DNA of 62,081 nt, counting the filler, from Collodictyon triciliatum (Eukaryota), in the NCBI GenBank assembly GCA_043381765.1. It is 4 parts of 4 records of this genome, joined end to end, with 100 filler letters (N's around TTAATTAATTAA, not from the genome) between each part and the next. Parts side by side here need not be neighbours in the genome. Positions count along the whole stretch, not along the records: positions 17,445 to 34,873 come from JBHJMP010001460.1; positions 34,974 to 52,398 come from JBHJMP010001461.1; 2 more parts are not named here. The stretch is one strand, 5' to 3'. A program made the translations under genes and the position numbers. Under the pieces are notes generated by a model. That model did not search any database, was not told the origin of the DNA, and saw nothing but the letters and a program-made list of their open reading frames with translations. Shown here one piece after another: positions 20,801 through 36,851 of this stretch (the stretch's first letter is position 1; the number at the start of each line of letters is the position of its first letter).

Positions 20801-22726
20801 TTATCACAAGGAGACGTGGACAGGCTCTATTAACAAATGTGGAGTACTAAATTTATTTTTCATTTTTAATTTCCACCGCCCAGCCTGAGGGTGTTGGTTA
20901 TCTGAACGATTTTGAAGCATTGATAAGGTCTAAAGCCAACGCTATCACAGCCAAAGACTTGTTGAATCCTGGTTCGTGTGATAGTTTTCCGATATGAAGA
21001 TAGTTTACCACCAGATTTATTTTATGTTATTTTTGTTTGGTATTATTTTGGTATTATTTTGGTATTATTTTGGTATTATTTTGGTATTATTTTGGTATTA
21101 TTTTGGTATTATTTTGGTATTATTTTGGTATTATTTTGGTGTTATTTTGGTATTATTTTGGTATTATTTTGGTATTATTTTGGTATTATCATTCCATTTT
21201 CAAACTTAAATGTTTTGGACTTTGGTAGCCAGATCTGATAAAATTATATTCATTTCCAAGTATACATAATCTATTAATAAAGATAAAAAAAATCATCATA
21301 CGTTAGACTTTCATATTGAAGCCTTCAACTTTGTTGCTGCCCATCTCTTACTGAAGTCGTCCAGACAACTAGAGGAACTGACCAAAGGGGGGCTGGATGA
21401 GGCTGAAGCTATGGTCTTGGCTGGTAAATACGAGACTAAGACTATGTGATTACATATTTTGTTTATTCACATATATGGTATTCCTACGAAATAAAATATA
21501 TGTATGCCTCTCGTAATTAATTTTATTTTCTTTCGTGAATAGCCGTAGATTTACGATTTCTTGCGAAGGCCCATTGTTATTCGTATGTTTTTAGAAGGTA
21601 AGGTGGGATTTAGTGTGTGCTTTCTTTACTCTGAGTGACTGTAAAACATTATTTTTTTCACTTATCAAACGTAATCATATGTATCCCAAATGTAAGTGAT
21701 GATTGTATTAATTCTTTTGCTGGGACGCAGATTTACAGAAGCTGCCGATTCAGCTCCAGAAAGTCTTCGCCCTGTTCTGTCCAATGTCCGTGGTCTCTTT
21801 GCTCTGTACTACATCAAAGGTGACTGACGGTTTGAAAGAATGATGATTGTATATTAAAGAAAATGGACCCAGAAGATAATAAATGAGCGATTATCCGTAA
21901 ATATTCCTTCGAATTGTTGCTAGAAACCTCCTGGAAAAAAATTATTTTATTTTTACTATTTTATATTCTAATATACCAAATATAACATGCGTTTAATAGA
22001 GAACTTTGGTATACTGCTTCAGCACCAATACTTGACATCCAGTCAAGCTGAGCTGGTCGACCGAGAAGTAATATTGCCACAATTGAAGTGTTATCGCTTC
22101 AGATATTCTCATTTTCTCTGTATTAATTAACCAGTCCATACCTCGAAATTTCTTTAAAAACAACAGGTTTTACGCCTTTGCGCAACTGTGAGGAAGGACG
22201 CTGTCCCACTTATCGATGCCTTCAATCTTGATGACTTTATAATCAACTCACCGTTCGGTCGATATGATGGAAACATCTACGAAAAGTACTTTGAGCAGGT
22301 CAAAGCTGCACGTAGGATTTCCACTTATCAATACTTATTTATCAAGTTAATCGTTCATTGATTTATGTATTATTTTTATTTATGTCTCATCAAATAACTT
22401 TTTCGTCATACCCCACAGTCATTATTTCGTTCTCTTTGTTCTCTTTGTTCTTTCGTTCTGTTCTTTAGTTTTTTTTTCTTTTTCTTTTTCTCTTTTTCTC
22501 TTTTTCTCTTTTTCTCTTTTTCTCTTTTTCTCTTTTTCTCTTTTTCTCTTTTTCTCTTTTTCTCTTTTTCTCTTTTTCTCTTTTTCTTCCACGCACGCTT
22601 AGTAATTTGGACACATGAATCATCCCCATACGTTCTGATGCCTCATTTTCTCCAGCCAATTCCACTGGAGTCGCACCTTACTTCCAATCCGTCATCAAGC
22701 CCCTCATCAACGAGTCGTACGATTAA
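17828..22726 (+). CDS. ACOX: Peroxisomal acyl-CoA oxidase, ~20 exons, N-terminus missing
   Basis: [118 protein letters not shown]; stop TAA 22724-22726. Confidence 0.95.
21033..21189. repeat. (TTTTGGTATTA)n 11-mer tandem repeat in an ACOX intron
   Basis: About 14 near-perfect copies. Confidence 0.95.
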
Positions 22727-23366
22727 AGCCGAGGCCACCCCCACGCGAAACAAAGATAAAGACACAAAATTCCTGAAAATGCGAGAAACCCACCCAGCCG
22801 GAAATATACATAACTGGAATATATGATTATACATTTCATTTTCGACCCAAAAAATCAAATTACGTCCTCCTAGAACTTAAAAAGCAATCAAATTTATAAT
22901 TATTGCACATCTCATTCTACATCAGGGGTTACTGCAGCTTGCTATTGAGGGGTTTATTATGATCCGGTATCAAACCAACCACCACGTTGGAGGGCGACTA
23001 TGATCCCGACACATAATCAAATCGAAAATCGAGCTGCTTCTTCACGCCTCGACTTCCGTCTGGCCAAGGAAGCTTCTGATCAACTCCATTTTCCTCGATA
23101 AAACCAATCACCGAGAAAGGGCACAGCACTCACGATCCTCACGCACAACCCTTCCCTACTCCTCACACGCAGGCCTTCAGAGTCCCTCGCCACGCCGCCA
23201 TCAGGGCCCTGTTTCGAAGGAGCGAGAGAAGAAAACGGAGCACAGCACTTTCGAGCAACCTTACCTTCGGCAACTCTTACACAACACCATATATTTTCTT
23301 TTTCTATTCTGCTGTCGCGTTTGAGTCCCCTCACAAAGATTGTAGAGGACGCATTTTGAGGCAGAC

Positions 23367-23980
23367 ATGACGATGTATAAAAAGCCTGTTTTTTCAAGGA
23401 CACTTGCAGTTGTCTTACTTACCGGGCTCGTCTGTGTATCTGTGATTGAAGCATTTTATTTGCCGGGTGTCGCGCCAGTCGATTATCCCGACGGATCAAA
23501 GGTCGACCTTAAAGTGAACAAGCTTACTTCAGTCATTACGCAGCTCCCGTATCAGTACTATTCGCTTCCTTTTTGCCAGCCGGACCAGATTGAGTCGACA
23601 GCAGAGAACCTGGGCGAGGTGTTGAGTGGTGATCGTATCGAAAACTCAAAGTATGAGGTATGTAACCATATCTTCTCTCAATGGTATTAGTTATGCGCAT
23701 AATTGACCAATAGTATGTGTGATGACCGAATGAGCTAATTCAATATCTGTTAATTTTTTTCCTTTATTCGAGTTTTATATCTGTTAATTAATATACCACC
23801 AGTTATTTATGCGTGTAGACGAGAAGTGCAAGGTTTTGTGCAAAAGAGAATACTCTAAAGGAGAAATGGCTAGATTTGCGGAGAAGATTTCGAAAGATTA
23901 CCGCGTTGGCTGGTTAGTTAGCTGTCTGTCTGTTGTTTTCATTATTATTGTTGTTGTTATTGTTATTATTATTGTTATTA

Positions 23981-24060
<80 letters not shown>

Positions 24061-26902
24061 GTTGTTGTTGTTGTTGTTGTTGTTTTTAAATCTTCAACTT
24101 GGAATTACACAATGGTCTATGGTTATTTCTTCAAGACTTTTTTTTTTAAAAAAAAAATACAAGATTTTGGTTTCCTGGCTCGTGCTATGGCGTGTGAAGA
24201 ATCATTTGTTTCAAAGATTTTGATTATGAAAGGCGATACTGGTGCTGCTCTAATTTGTCGGCTTATTCATTTGAAATAAATTAGGATTGTCGATAGTCTA
24301 CCTGCAGCAACACCGCATACATTTCATGAAGTGAATACAAATAAAGTCCTCAAGACATATGAACTTGGGTTCCCGGTTGGATTTGTCGGACGGAAAGAAG
24401 GAGTAATCATACTTTCGCCCGTATTCTTTCAAAATGAAACACTTTTATCGAATACACAAACCAGCCACTAACTGTTGTTGTATTTAAAATGTGACTGACT
24501 CTTAACCTCGCTACACTTTGAATCGAATAAAGGAAAAAAAAATGTGACTTACTCTCATCTATCCCTGTTTATCCAGTTACAGACCGAAGGGGAGCGCTAT
24601 ATCCACAACCATGTAACCATGAACCTCATGTACCATTCAGACGAATCACAAGATGGTCAAGGCTCTCGAATTGTCGGGTTCGAGGTCCATGCCCGAAGCG
24701 TTTTACACAAATGGGTTGGTAACGCTGGACGGCCTTCTACTTGTCGCACTTTAGAGTCTGAACCACCACAAAGTGTTGAAAGCCCTGGTACAATTACATG
24801 GACGTATGACGTTCAATGGGAAGTATGTATGCACTGGAGCATTTTGATTACTATTAAATTTATACTTTCTTCGATTCAAATATGAGTACACGAAAGTTAT
24901 AAGGCAGTGAATATACATATATTTGTGTTTGCGTTTAATTTTCTATTTGAAAAAACCCAGCACTTGAATGATTTCAAACATGCAATAATCAAGAAATCAA
25001 ATGTATAATATATAATATAATTATTGATGGTATGTTGCTTTTATAGTCAAAAGATATTAAATGGGCTTCTCGCTGGGATGTTTATCTGCTAATGACTGAT
25101 GGACAAATACATTGGTTCTCGATTATAAACTCTCTTATGATTGTCCTCTTCCTTACGGGAATGATTGCAATGATTATGATGCGCACTGTGAAGCAAGTAG
25201 AACCTTATACATTTATCCTTTTATACCGAATTGTAAAGTATGCCCTGATGTTTGAAACATCACCCTCCCTATCGCGACTACATTCACAAACCGACGTTAA
25301 TCTTGTGAAAGGACTTTATTCGATACAATCAAGCCGATCAGTTGGAAGATGGTCAAGAAGAAACTGGCTGGAAATTGGTACATGCGGATGCCTTCCGTGC
25401 ACCACCCCATCCACTAATGCTTTCTGTTAGTATTGGTAGTGGTGTACAAGTTTTGACCATGGCTTTTGCCTCTATGGGTATGAATGCGCTCGAAATGTTG
25501 TAATCACATCTTTTATTGAAAAAAATATTAAGTAAATTCATTTTAACATCAAGGTGGCATTTTATTTGCTGAATCAAAGTCAACATGTTTATAAATATCC
25601 AGTGTTTGCCGCGCTTGGATTCTTATCACCAGCCAACCGCGGTGGTTTACTGACAGCCATTATTGTACTTTATGTCTTCATGGGGTGTGCTTCTCATTGA
25701 TTCCTGTCATTTGTACATTATGATGACATCAATATCGAAGAGAGACCATAATATATATAACAAATAATAACTGGTTGTAGGATATGGGCTGGGTATTACT
25801 CTTCCCGTTTCTACAAGATGTTTAAGGGGACTGCGCAGAAGAGATGTACGCTCTTGACCGCAGTTTTCTACCCTGGTGTTGTCTTTATCATATTTTTCGT
25901 GCTGAATTTCTTCATCTGGGGCAAGAGATCATCTGGCGCTATTCCATTTGGTAAGCCGATACCTTGTTTTCCTCTTTATTTTCTTATGTTTTTTTCCTTG
26001 GGAAAAGATGTCGAACCAATTTTGTGATCTCGTCCCCCTAAAGTCCTATCGTTTTTATGAGCAAGATAATTTGTCTTTCTTCGAGTTCCCATGGAGTAAA
26101 GTTCATTATCCATTATTATTTTTAACAGGGACACTATTGGCCTTGCTGGGACTCTGGTTTGGGGTTTCTGTACCGCTTGTATTCCTGGGTAGCTACTTTG
26201 GGTATCGAAAGAAAGCGATCGAAAATCCCGTGCGAACCACACAAGTTCCGCGCCAAATCCCCGAACAGGTTTGGTACATGAAGCCTTTTGTGGCAGTCAT
26301 GATGGGCGGCATTCTTCCGTTTGGAGCTGTCTTTATCGAGCTCTTTTTCATCCTCTCATCGATTTGGCTGCACCAATTCTACTACGTTTTTGGCTTTCTC
26401 TTTGTCGTCTTCCTGATTTTGATCATCACCTGCGCCGAAATCACGATTGTCATGTGCTATTTCCAGCTGTGTAGCGAGGTAATGACTTGAACTTTGATAT
26501 GTAACTTAGTCTCGGTTTGTCAGCTATACTGTTTTAATGTGTCTCGAACAATGTTGCTTGCTGAAAATCTCGTCTGATTGATGCACTTGCGATTCTTTCG
26601 CATCGCTCGTCTGAGGCAGTATTGCACATTTAGCCTAGTATTCATAATTTACAATCCTATAGGACTATCACTGGTGGTGGAGGTCGTTCCTCACATCCGG
26701 CGCGTCATCTTTTTACATGTTCCTCTACTCCGTCTTTTACTTTTTCAACAAACTGGAAATCCACTCCTTTGTCTCTGGCCTTTTGTTCTTCAGCTACACG
26801 TTCATCATGTGTCTCGGATTCTTTTTGCTGACGGGCACAGTGGGCTTCCTCGCGTGCTTCTGGTTCGTTCGCAAGATTTACTCTTCTGTCAAGGTTGAGT
26901 GA
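23367..26902 (+). CDS. TM9SF: Transmembrane 9 superfamily (nonaspanin/EMP70/Phg1A, TM9SF2/4-like), multi-exon
   Basis: Signal peptide + [72 protein letters not shown]-terminal KIYSSVKVE. Confidence 0.97.
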
Positions 26903-27471
26903 CGCGCGCCCTTAAAAAAAAAAAGAAAGCAAAGGAAAAGAAGAGAAAAGCAAAGCCCATAATAAAGAAAACGGAAGGAAGCTGCGTGGAAAATGACCCG
27001 GTTTGCACCCGGGTTGAAAATTGACCAGATATGTTTTACAAATGCGGAATTTATATGATCATTACTTTAATTTAGTAAAAAAGATATATATAAGCTCATC
27101 AATTAGTATTTCTATTGCTACTGTATATTATTAAAATGTTTCATATGGGTTTCAGCTGGTTCTCATTTCATACTTGTGAAATACGTGAGTCATGCGGTGA
27201 CGACACACATTACGCAATGACAAACCCGGCTGGATCGTCCGCCTGAATTTATTTAAACAAAGGCTGCGCCTCCCATAACATTCTTTTCCCATTTGCATTC
27301 AGCCCAAGCCGATCAGTGTCGTTATTGCCAGAACACGATCTCTCACCCAAAGCCGCTTGCCAAGCCTACACACAAAAGGACACGAACGACACACAAACTC
27401 GCCACCCTCAAACCCTCTTCCACGGCAAGAAGGCTGCCCGACTCACTAACCAGCCGGCTCTGCCCAGCACC

Positions 27472-29527
<2,056 letters not shown>

Positions 29528-29962
29528 ACTCCTCAGCCATGCCACGCCTACAAACTCTCTCCAACAGAAAAATAAAGCTGCCTCACAAAAAATAATATTG
29601 GACATAAAAAGTGAGAGGAACAATGACAGACAACTTCCTCTCAACCAAGCTTAAGCGGAAACAGCCTTCTCCAAAGGCACCTGTTTGATGCGGTTGAAGC
29701 GCGTCAGCAAAACACAATCATCCCCTCCCCAGCAAGCCAGAGCGAAAAAAAAGATAAAAGAAAAAAAAAAGGGGAAACGAAAGACGGCGGGCGTCATCAC
29801 TGCGGCAGCCTACTTAACCCCAAACGACACGCTTAGCAAGTCAACCCAATTACCCCAGTCTTGATAAGTCCTTGCGAGCAGACATCAAGACAGAAACTCG
29901 CATGCTCACAGATTCATTTCCCAACTGCTAACCCAACCTTCTTCGAACTCGCCGCAGCTCCC

Positions 29963-31973
29963 ATGCAGTCCGTCCGACTTGGCCTCCTCATCCGCCTGTT
30001 TGGCCTCTACGCTTCACAGGGTCTCGCCTTTGGATTTCAAAGCAAAGCACTCCCGCTCGTGCTGCGCGCTGCTGGGCTTTCGTACAAGGACATTACCGGG
30101 CTGCAGCTGCTGCATCTGCCGTGGCAGTTCAAGTGGGCAGTGGCTCCGTTCATCGACCGAGAAGCCGAGCGCCACCCCGCAGGCGTCGATGCAAACCCCG
30201 TCAGACGGCTCTTTGCGTTTCTCGGACCGCGTGTGTCCATTCTGCTTCCTGTTCAAGTGTTGCTGGCCACCGGGATATTCCTTGCTGCACCTTTGTTGCG
30301 TGGATTCGAAGGCGATGGTGCTGGTGGGAATGCAGAGGCGGCTCTTGGGTTGGGGCAGCTGATGGTGGCGCTAGTCTTTGTGAATTCTCTCTCTGCGCTG
30401 CAGGACATTGTAGTTGATGCACTTGCAGTGGATGTGTTGCGGCCGACTGAACTCGGCTGGGGAAATACGGCACAGGTGGCCGGGTTTAAGGTGATTGTGT
30501 GATTATGTGATTGTGTGATTGTGTGATTGTGTGATTGTGTGATTGTGTGATTGTGTGATTGTGTGATTGTGTGATTGTGTGATTGTGTGATTGTGTGATT
30601 GTGTGATTGTGTGCATGATTCTGTAATTTTTGTGATGTAGATTGGCATGATTCTGGGAGGCGGAGTTTTGATTTCTCTGAGCGAGGTAATTGGCTGGGTC
30701 AATTCCTTCCGCGTTATGGCCGCCTCTGTTCTCTTTGTTGCGCTCTCTCTTTTGTCATTTCGAGAAAGAGACTATACCACAGACCAAAAGAAACAAGAAC
30801 CAGATACACAGAAGGATTTGTCGAATCCCGAGTGCCGGTCAATAGAACAAAAAAGTCTAGGGGAAATCGTCTGCATCTTATGGGAGTGGGCAAAAAAACC
30901 GTCTGCCTGGTGGCTGATGCTACTTGTTTTTACATACAAGGTATATTTACCATAAAATTTTCTACAAAATCGTGCATGCTTGCTTGTCAAAGAGAAAACA
31001 TAAAAGAAAAAAAAAGAAGATAGTCTCACGAGTGATACATCCGCAGGCCGGTGAGTCCATGGGAGACAGCGTCACAAAGCCCTTTCTAATTGACAAGGGC
31101 TTTACAGTCAGTGAATTGGGCTGGTGGACTGGAATCTACGGGATGGCTGCATCTACGCTTGGTTCGTTCATCGGCGGTGCAGTGGTTGTTCGATGGCCGC
31201 TTCGTCGGGTGCTGTGGTATACTTCTATCCTTCGCTTCTTGTCGCAGGTTTTCTTTCCTGTCCATCCAGATATCCACATAGTTCATTAATTTGTGTGTGA
31301 AAATAATTTTAATTTGTTTGGGTGGTATGATGGTGGGGTTTAAGCTTCTAGAAATAAATAACATAGGTATATCGCTGCCTCTTGGCATACTTTTCTCCAC
31401 TAACCTCTGGGCATGTTATCGGCGCTATCATCGCAGAAAATCTCAGTGGAGGAGCATTGACCACTGCCATGTTTGCATTCATGATGCAACAGGCAAGGCT
31501 TTTTTTTTACTTTTGTACTAAGGTCTCATATTTTCCTGGGTTGGTGGCCGAGTGTGTGTTTTGCGTCCCCTTGGCTTGGAATGCCGTTTTGTGTATCGAT
31601 GTATTTTTTTTTTTTATGAGACGCAAGCAAATGTAAATCGATAAGGACAAGGGAAAGGATAAGGATAAGGAAAAAGATAAGGAAAACAAATAGAATATAA
31701 ATAAAATATTTAATCCAGGTTGACCGCTCGATTGGCGCAACACATTTCACTTTCCTGGCTACGCTTGAGCTTACTGGAAAATCTGTGACTGGAATATCGT
31801 CTGGGTTCGTAGCGGACATGTTCAGCCCTGTGCTTGTCTTGCAAATGAGTGTCGTGTTGTCGTTTCTGTACCTTCCTCTTGTTTGGAGATTTGCAAACAG
31901 CCCGAATGTCCACGCAAGTGAATTACTGAGTCAACAAAATCATGGCAAAAAGCAAAAAAGAAAAGGGCATTGA
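29963..31973 (+). CDS. MFS transporter of the AmpG/MFSD3/acetyl-CoA transporter (PAT) group, 5 exons
   Basis: LYASQGLAFG, LPWQFKWAVAPFID, SALQDIVVDALAV, TYK|AGE, PFLIDKG, GATHFTFLATLE; stop TGA 31971-31973. Confidence 0.88.
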
Positions 31974-32212
31974 CTAACACAGTTTAGAATAAATATACAA
32001 ACAAACAAATAAATTTAAAAAACACATCCAGCGTCTTATTTTACTCTGACACATCTTATACATAATCGCTTCTATAAAACAAACAAACAAACAAACAAAC
32101 AACAACAACAAAACATCAGAGAATGAGCAGGAAAAGATTCAACTCCATCGATGATTATTTGAATGGTGCAGAAAATAGATAGCTCTTCACTTTTCCCTTT
32201 CCTTGGGTTTAT

Positions 32213-33777
32213 TCAACAATCAATACTGGTGATAGGAGCTGAAAAAGTAAAGTTTGTGACCAAAATCCGGTTGATTGCTCTTCTTTGCTCATAGGAATTA
32301 CCCATGAAAATGTTGATGCATGACACGTCCTATTTTAATTCGATTATTTTCAAGTTATTTTCGATTCATTTAAAAGATTAATATATGTTTTTTTTTAATG
32401 GTATACGTAAAACACACACACATGAGAGATAATGCAAATGAAAAATACCTTGAAAAAACCTCTCCTTTCCAAATCCGAGACCAAACTAGACCCACAGATA
32501 TACACTTGCTCCAAATGGTGAAGCAAGAGACCTGTTTGAATCTCGATGGAGTTGTCCAACCTCTTTGACGCGTATAATTCGCTTACATGTACATAAGGGT
32601 AAGAAGTAATGATTATTATTATTATTTTTATTTTTAGCAACAGAACAACATAATCAGGTCATACAATATTGAAATTATACATGTGTAAGCCTTTCTTCTT
32701 TCTTTTTTTTTTTAAACTGCTATTTACATTTGCTCGTTTGTCATGAGCTGGTTAACTGTTTGTGAACTTCCGGCTGTTGGATAATTCTGAATGATTCGAT
32801 CAATCTCGTTGATTGCAAAGCGCAGCCTTACTCGAATTTGATTTCTCTCTATTCATCGACAACAATTCAAGATGCAAGTATGTTCAAGAAAAAATTATGG
32901 AGGAGTTTTTTACATGTGTTTTATATTACTTTTTTTTTTTTTAAAAAAAAATCCTGATATTCCAATCCACCGATATAAAAAAACTGAAAGTCTCCAAAGC
33001 AGTGCTGCTGTCAATCAATATCCAAGTTATCTTCCCCCTCTTGAAATTCACGAATAAAACAAACCTTGCTGTCTATAGGAGGCAATGAAAGACCTAAATC
33101 CATAACCTGCACCAAATACCAAAATCACTGCAGGTATGGCAGCAAGCAGCTCTATATTCAGTTCATTGCTTTTCAATATTTGGTCCATGGAAAGCATCGC
33201 ACTTTGTGTGTCAATCTTTAACTTCTGGACCTTTAATTTTTTTTGAGCAAGTCGACATGAATTAGTATAGAAAACAACATTAAGAATAATTTTTCCTCTC
33301 TCTTTGTGGAGAAAGAAATTAGCTACATGTCGATATTGCTGAAAAAATAAGAAAATACTTGGATGAGAAACGCTCTAATCAATTCACCGGAGAGGGCTCC
33401 CTTTAGTGGATTCTCCAGTTCACTTTCGTATCTGAGAAGAGCATGAATATTTGGACTTAGAAAAAGAAAAGAAAAGAAATAGCCTAAAATCATTGTAAAA
33501 TCAAACAATACCAAAAAAGTCACCTTTTCATAACTAATTCCATATTCCCATTCTGTGAAAGTGTTTCAATCTGTTCTGAAGTCAAAGTAACACCAAGAGG
33601 GACAGATGTAAGGAAGTCACGAACCATCCTTGATTTTAAGGACCAAAAACAAAAACAAAAACAAAAACAAAAACAAAAACAAAAACAAAAACAAAAACAA
33701 AAACAAAAACAAAAACAAAAACAAAAACAAAAACAAAAACAAAAACAAAAACAAAAACAAAAACAAAAACAAAAACA

Positions 33778-33846
<69 letters not shown>

Positions 33847-34680
33847 TCAAAGACAAAGACAGAAAGCATACAATTTAAATGCCAAGCAATAAGCTGAGTC
33901 GTTTCTCGATGATATTAAGCAGGAATAGTTTTTCTATAATTTTGAAATCTTACCTGCTGAGAGATTCTTTCGATTCACGGAATTCTTCAGTTGTAACGAT
34001 GGACGGACGGCTTCGATAGGTATCAAAAAAGAATTCACCAATCTTTCCTATGGGCTCTTTGACATGTTCCTGGGATTTTTAACAGAGAAAATTATACACA
34101 AAAATGCATACAAAAATATATGGGAAGGTATTTTCATAAGTTCGGAGAAGAAAACTTAAAACATTAGATAGACGGAAAATAGCCGGGTTAGCAATTAAAT
34201 ATTGATGGTGAATTCGAGGATTGTGCATAACGGCTTAACCTCTCACTTAAATATGTGTGACTTTGATATTAATAGTTGAATCTAAAATACCAGATGGTTT
34301 ATGAATGTAATAAAAAATAAACCAAATAAAAACGATTGCACGCATCTTGACCTTGATGGGTCCAGTTCTCAATATTGGGACGACCGTTCAAACTAATTGA
34401 ATAATTTGTTAAAATGGACATATCAATAAATGAGCTTTTAGCATTTAAAAAAGTCCTAGATACAGCGACGTCCTACCCAAATCATTTAAATATTCAATTT
34501 AAAAAGCCACTCCTATGACATACACACAAAATAAAATAATCGATTAAGCATACTCGCTTCTCTGGAGCATGAATCGAGTACCAACCAACGCACCCAAGCC
34601 GATGAATCCATATTTCAGCCATGACTGTTCGATGTGTGATGGTTTTCTATGTTGAAGGACACGGACTCGAGTGTTTGCTG
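32213..34680 (-). CDS. NCA2: NCA2/DGS1-like mitochondrial protein (nuclear control of ATPase 2), 3' part; 5' end cut by linker
   Basis: FYL|EHVKEPI; YESELENPLKGALSGELIRAFLIQ|VQKLKIDTQSAMLSMDQILKSNELNIELLAAIPA is the NCA2 signature. Confidence 0.88.
33645..33845. repeat. Compound (AAAAAC)n-(GAAAAC)n microsatellite, intronic
   Basis: The unit switches once, at about 33783. Confidence 0.95.
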
Positions 34681-34873
34681 TATTGGCAAGTAAAATCAGA
34701 CACACATTAAGATAAAAAAAGAAAAGATAAAAAAAGAAAAGATAAAAAAAAGAAAAGATAAAAAAAAGAAAAGATAAAAAAAAGAAAAGATAAAAAAGAA
34801 AAGATAAAAAAGAAAAGATAAAAAAGAAAAGATAAAAAAGAAAAGATAAAAAAGAAAAGATAAAAAAGAAAAG

Positions 34874-34973
34874 NNNNNNNNNNNNNNNNNNNNNNNNNNN
34901 NNNNNNNNNNNNNNNNNTTAATTAATTAANNNNNNNNNNNNNNNNNNNNNNNNNNNNNNNNNNNNNNNNNNNN
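34874..34973. other. Artificial contig linker
   Basis: Ns + TTAATTAATTAA, 100 nt. Confidence 0.97.
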
Positions 34974-35001
34974 AAAAAAAATACTAAAAAAAATATTTTT
35001 T

Positions 35002-35058
<57 letters not shown>

Positions 35059-35187
35059 AAGAGTATAAATTTATAAATTACGACTTAATACATGTCATAA
35101 TAAAGGGAAATGTCGCGTCAGTGTTATGCAAGACATGAAGAGTGAAGCGCTCAAAAATATTGAGAATGTAAGCCTTTTCCTCAAACC

Positions 35188-35829
35188 TGGGAGAAAACAA
35201 TACATTTCGAAGTTGAATCATCTTTAAATATATTTTGAAGGCAACGAACGATGGCTGTTATCTTTGCTCCGTACATCTGAGGGTTTTTTAATCGTTAGTA
35301 AAAAATTTTTTTCCTTTATTCGATTCAAAGTTAATCGTTAGTAAATTAATATCAATGATAAGAGACTTAAAAATCGATCCCATTCCCCATTGCATACGTT
35401 GACATAGAACGAAAAGATGGCATATACATTTAATCAATACTTTGATATCTTCTGTGGCAGTCTCATTTTCGACGCTATTGTGATTCGTTTCTTTCTCTAT
35501 ACTGGTACAATTATAAGTTTATAGTTTATTCCAAATATCTCCACTCCCAAGAAAAATAAAGATGGTTTGAGTAGTCAATATATCATCCCAGGAGAAAGAT
35601 AGTTCATACTTATTGTACGGCGAAACCCCCTCATCGATTTATCATGAAATAATTTAAATGGAAACACATACTTTGCGCAAACCAGATCTTTCACGTGCAT
35701 CGAACGCCGACAAGTTGGACATTTCATGATATTAAATCTCACACGTTCAGCTAAAGCATAGCTGCATGGACTGCACACCGTATGCCCACAACTCAACACC
35801 ATGGCCTCATCTTCCAGGCTTTGGGAAGG

Positions 35830-35927
<98 letters not shown>

Positions 35928-36025
35928 GTCGTTGTTAATGCTCTTATTTCTTTTTCCATTACTCATTTTTAATCATAAAGTTCTAAAATTCTTGTAAATA
36001 AAATCTATAGTAAGGAAAATACGTA

Positions 36026-36082
<57 letters not shown>

Positions 36083-36755
36083 GTGATGGTGATGATGATG
36101 GCTCGAATAATAAAAAGAACAGTAATGGCATGAATGTCATGTTAAAATAAAGCGCTTGAGAGTGGAAGAAAAAAATGTAAACTCACGCGTCATGACATAC
36201 TGGGCAGTCTGAATTGAAGGATGAAAGTTTCTTCTCCGATTGACTTCTGTGCATTTTTTAGTCGAATAGTAATCAAACAACGTCGATATGGATACTATTC
36301 AATGGTGATATATACTTTCAATGAATAAAAAAAGAAGAAAATGTATCATTTCCTATCTTTCGGTGTGTTGCATTCCACTAAATATCAAAGCCATACTTTT
36401 GCATTGTCATTAAATAGTTAAGTTGTCCGAGATACGACTTAAGCTTTCCATCTGCCTCAGTGCGATTGACGGTGAAGCTGGCCAACTAAAAGATATGTAT
36501 AAAAGGATGCTTGCGATATGAATAAATAATATTGTGTGGGTTAACTTTCCAAGAGTATTGTGTCACTCTCAACCTTAGAGACGCATCATTCTTTTTTTTT
36601 TCTTTTTTTCTTCTTTCCCCCTCTCATTCTCTTCCAGATGTGATTAGGAGCATACTTGTCGATCAACTTCATACTGTTCGATAATGTATGTTCGTTGAGC
36701 CTTCGAAACAACTTCTCCAGGACGACGAAGTCTAATCCTCAATTTTCCCACTGAA

Positions 36756-36851
<96 letters not shown>

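Noticed and set aside
21033-21189. CRISPR-like or telomeric array
   Set aside because: Head-to-tail 11-mers with no spacers, inside an intron
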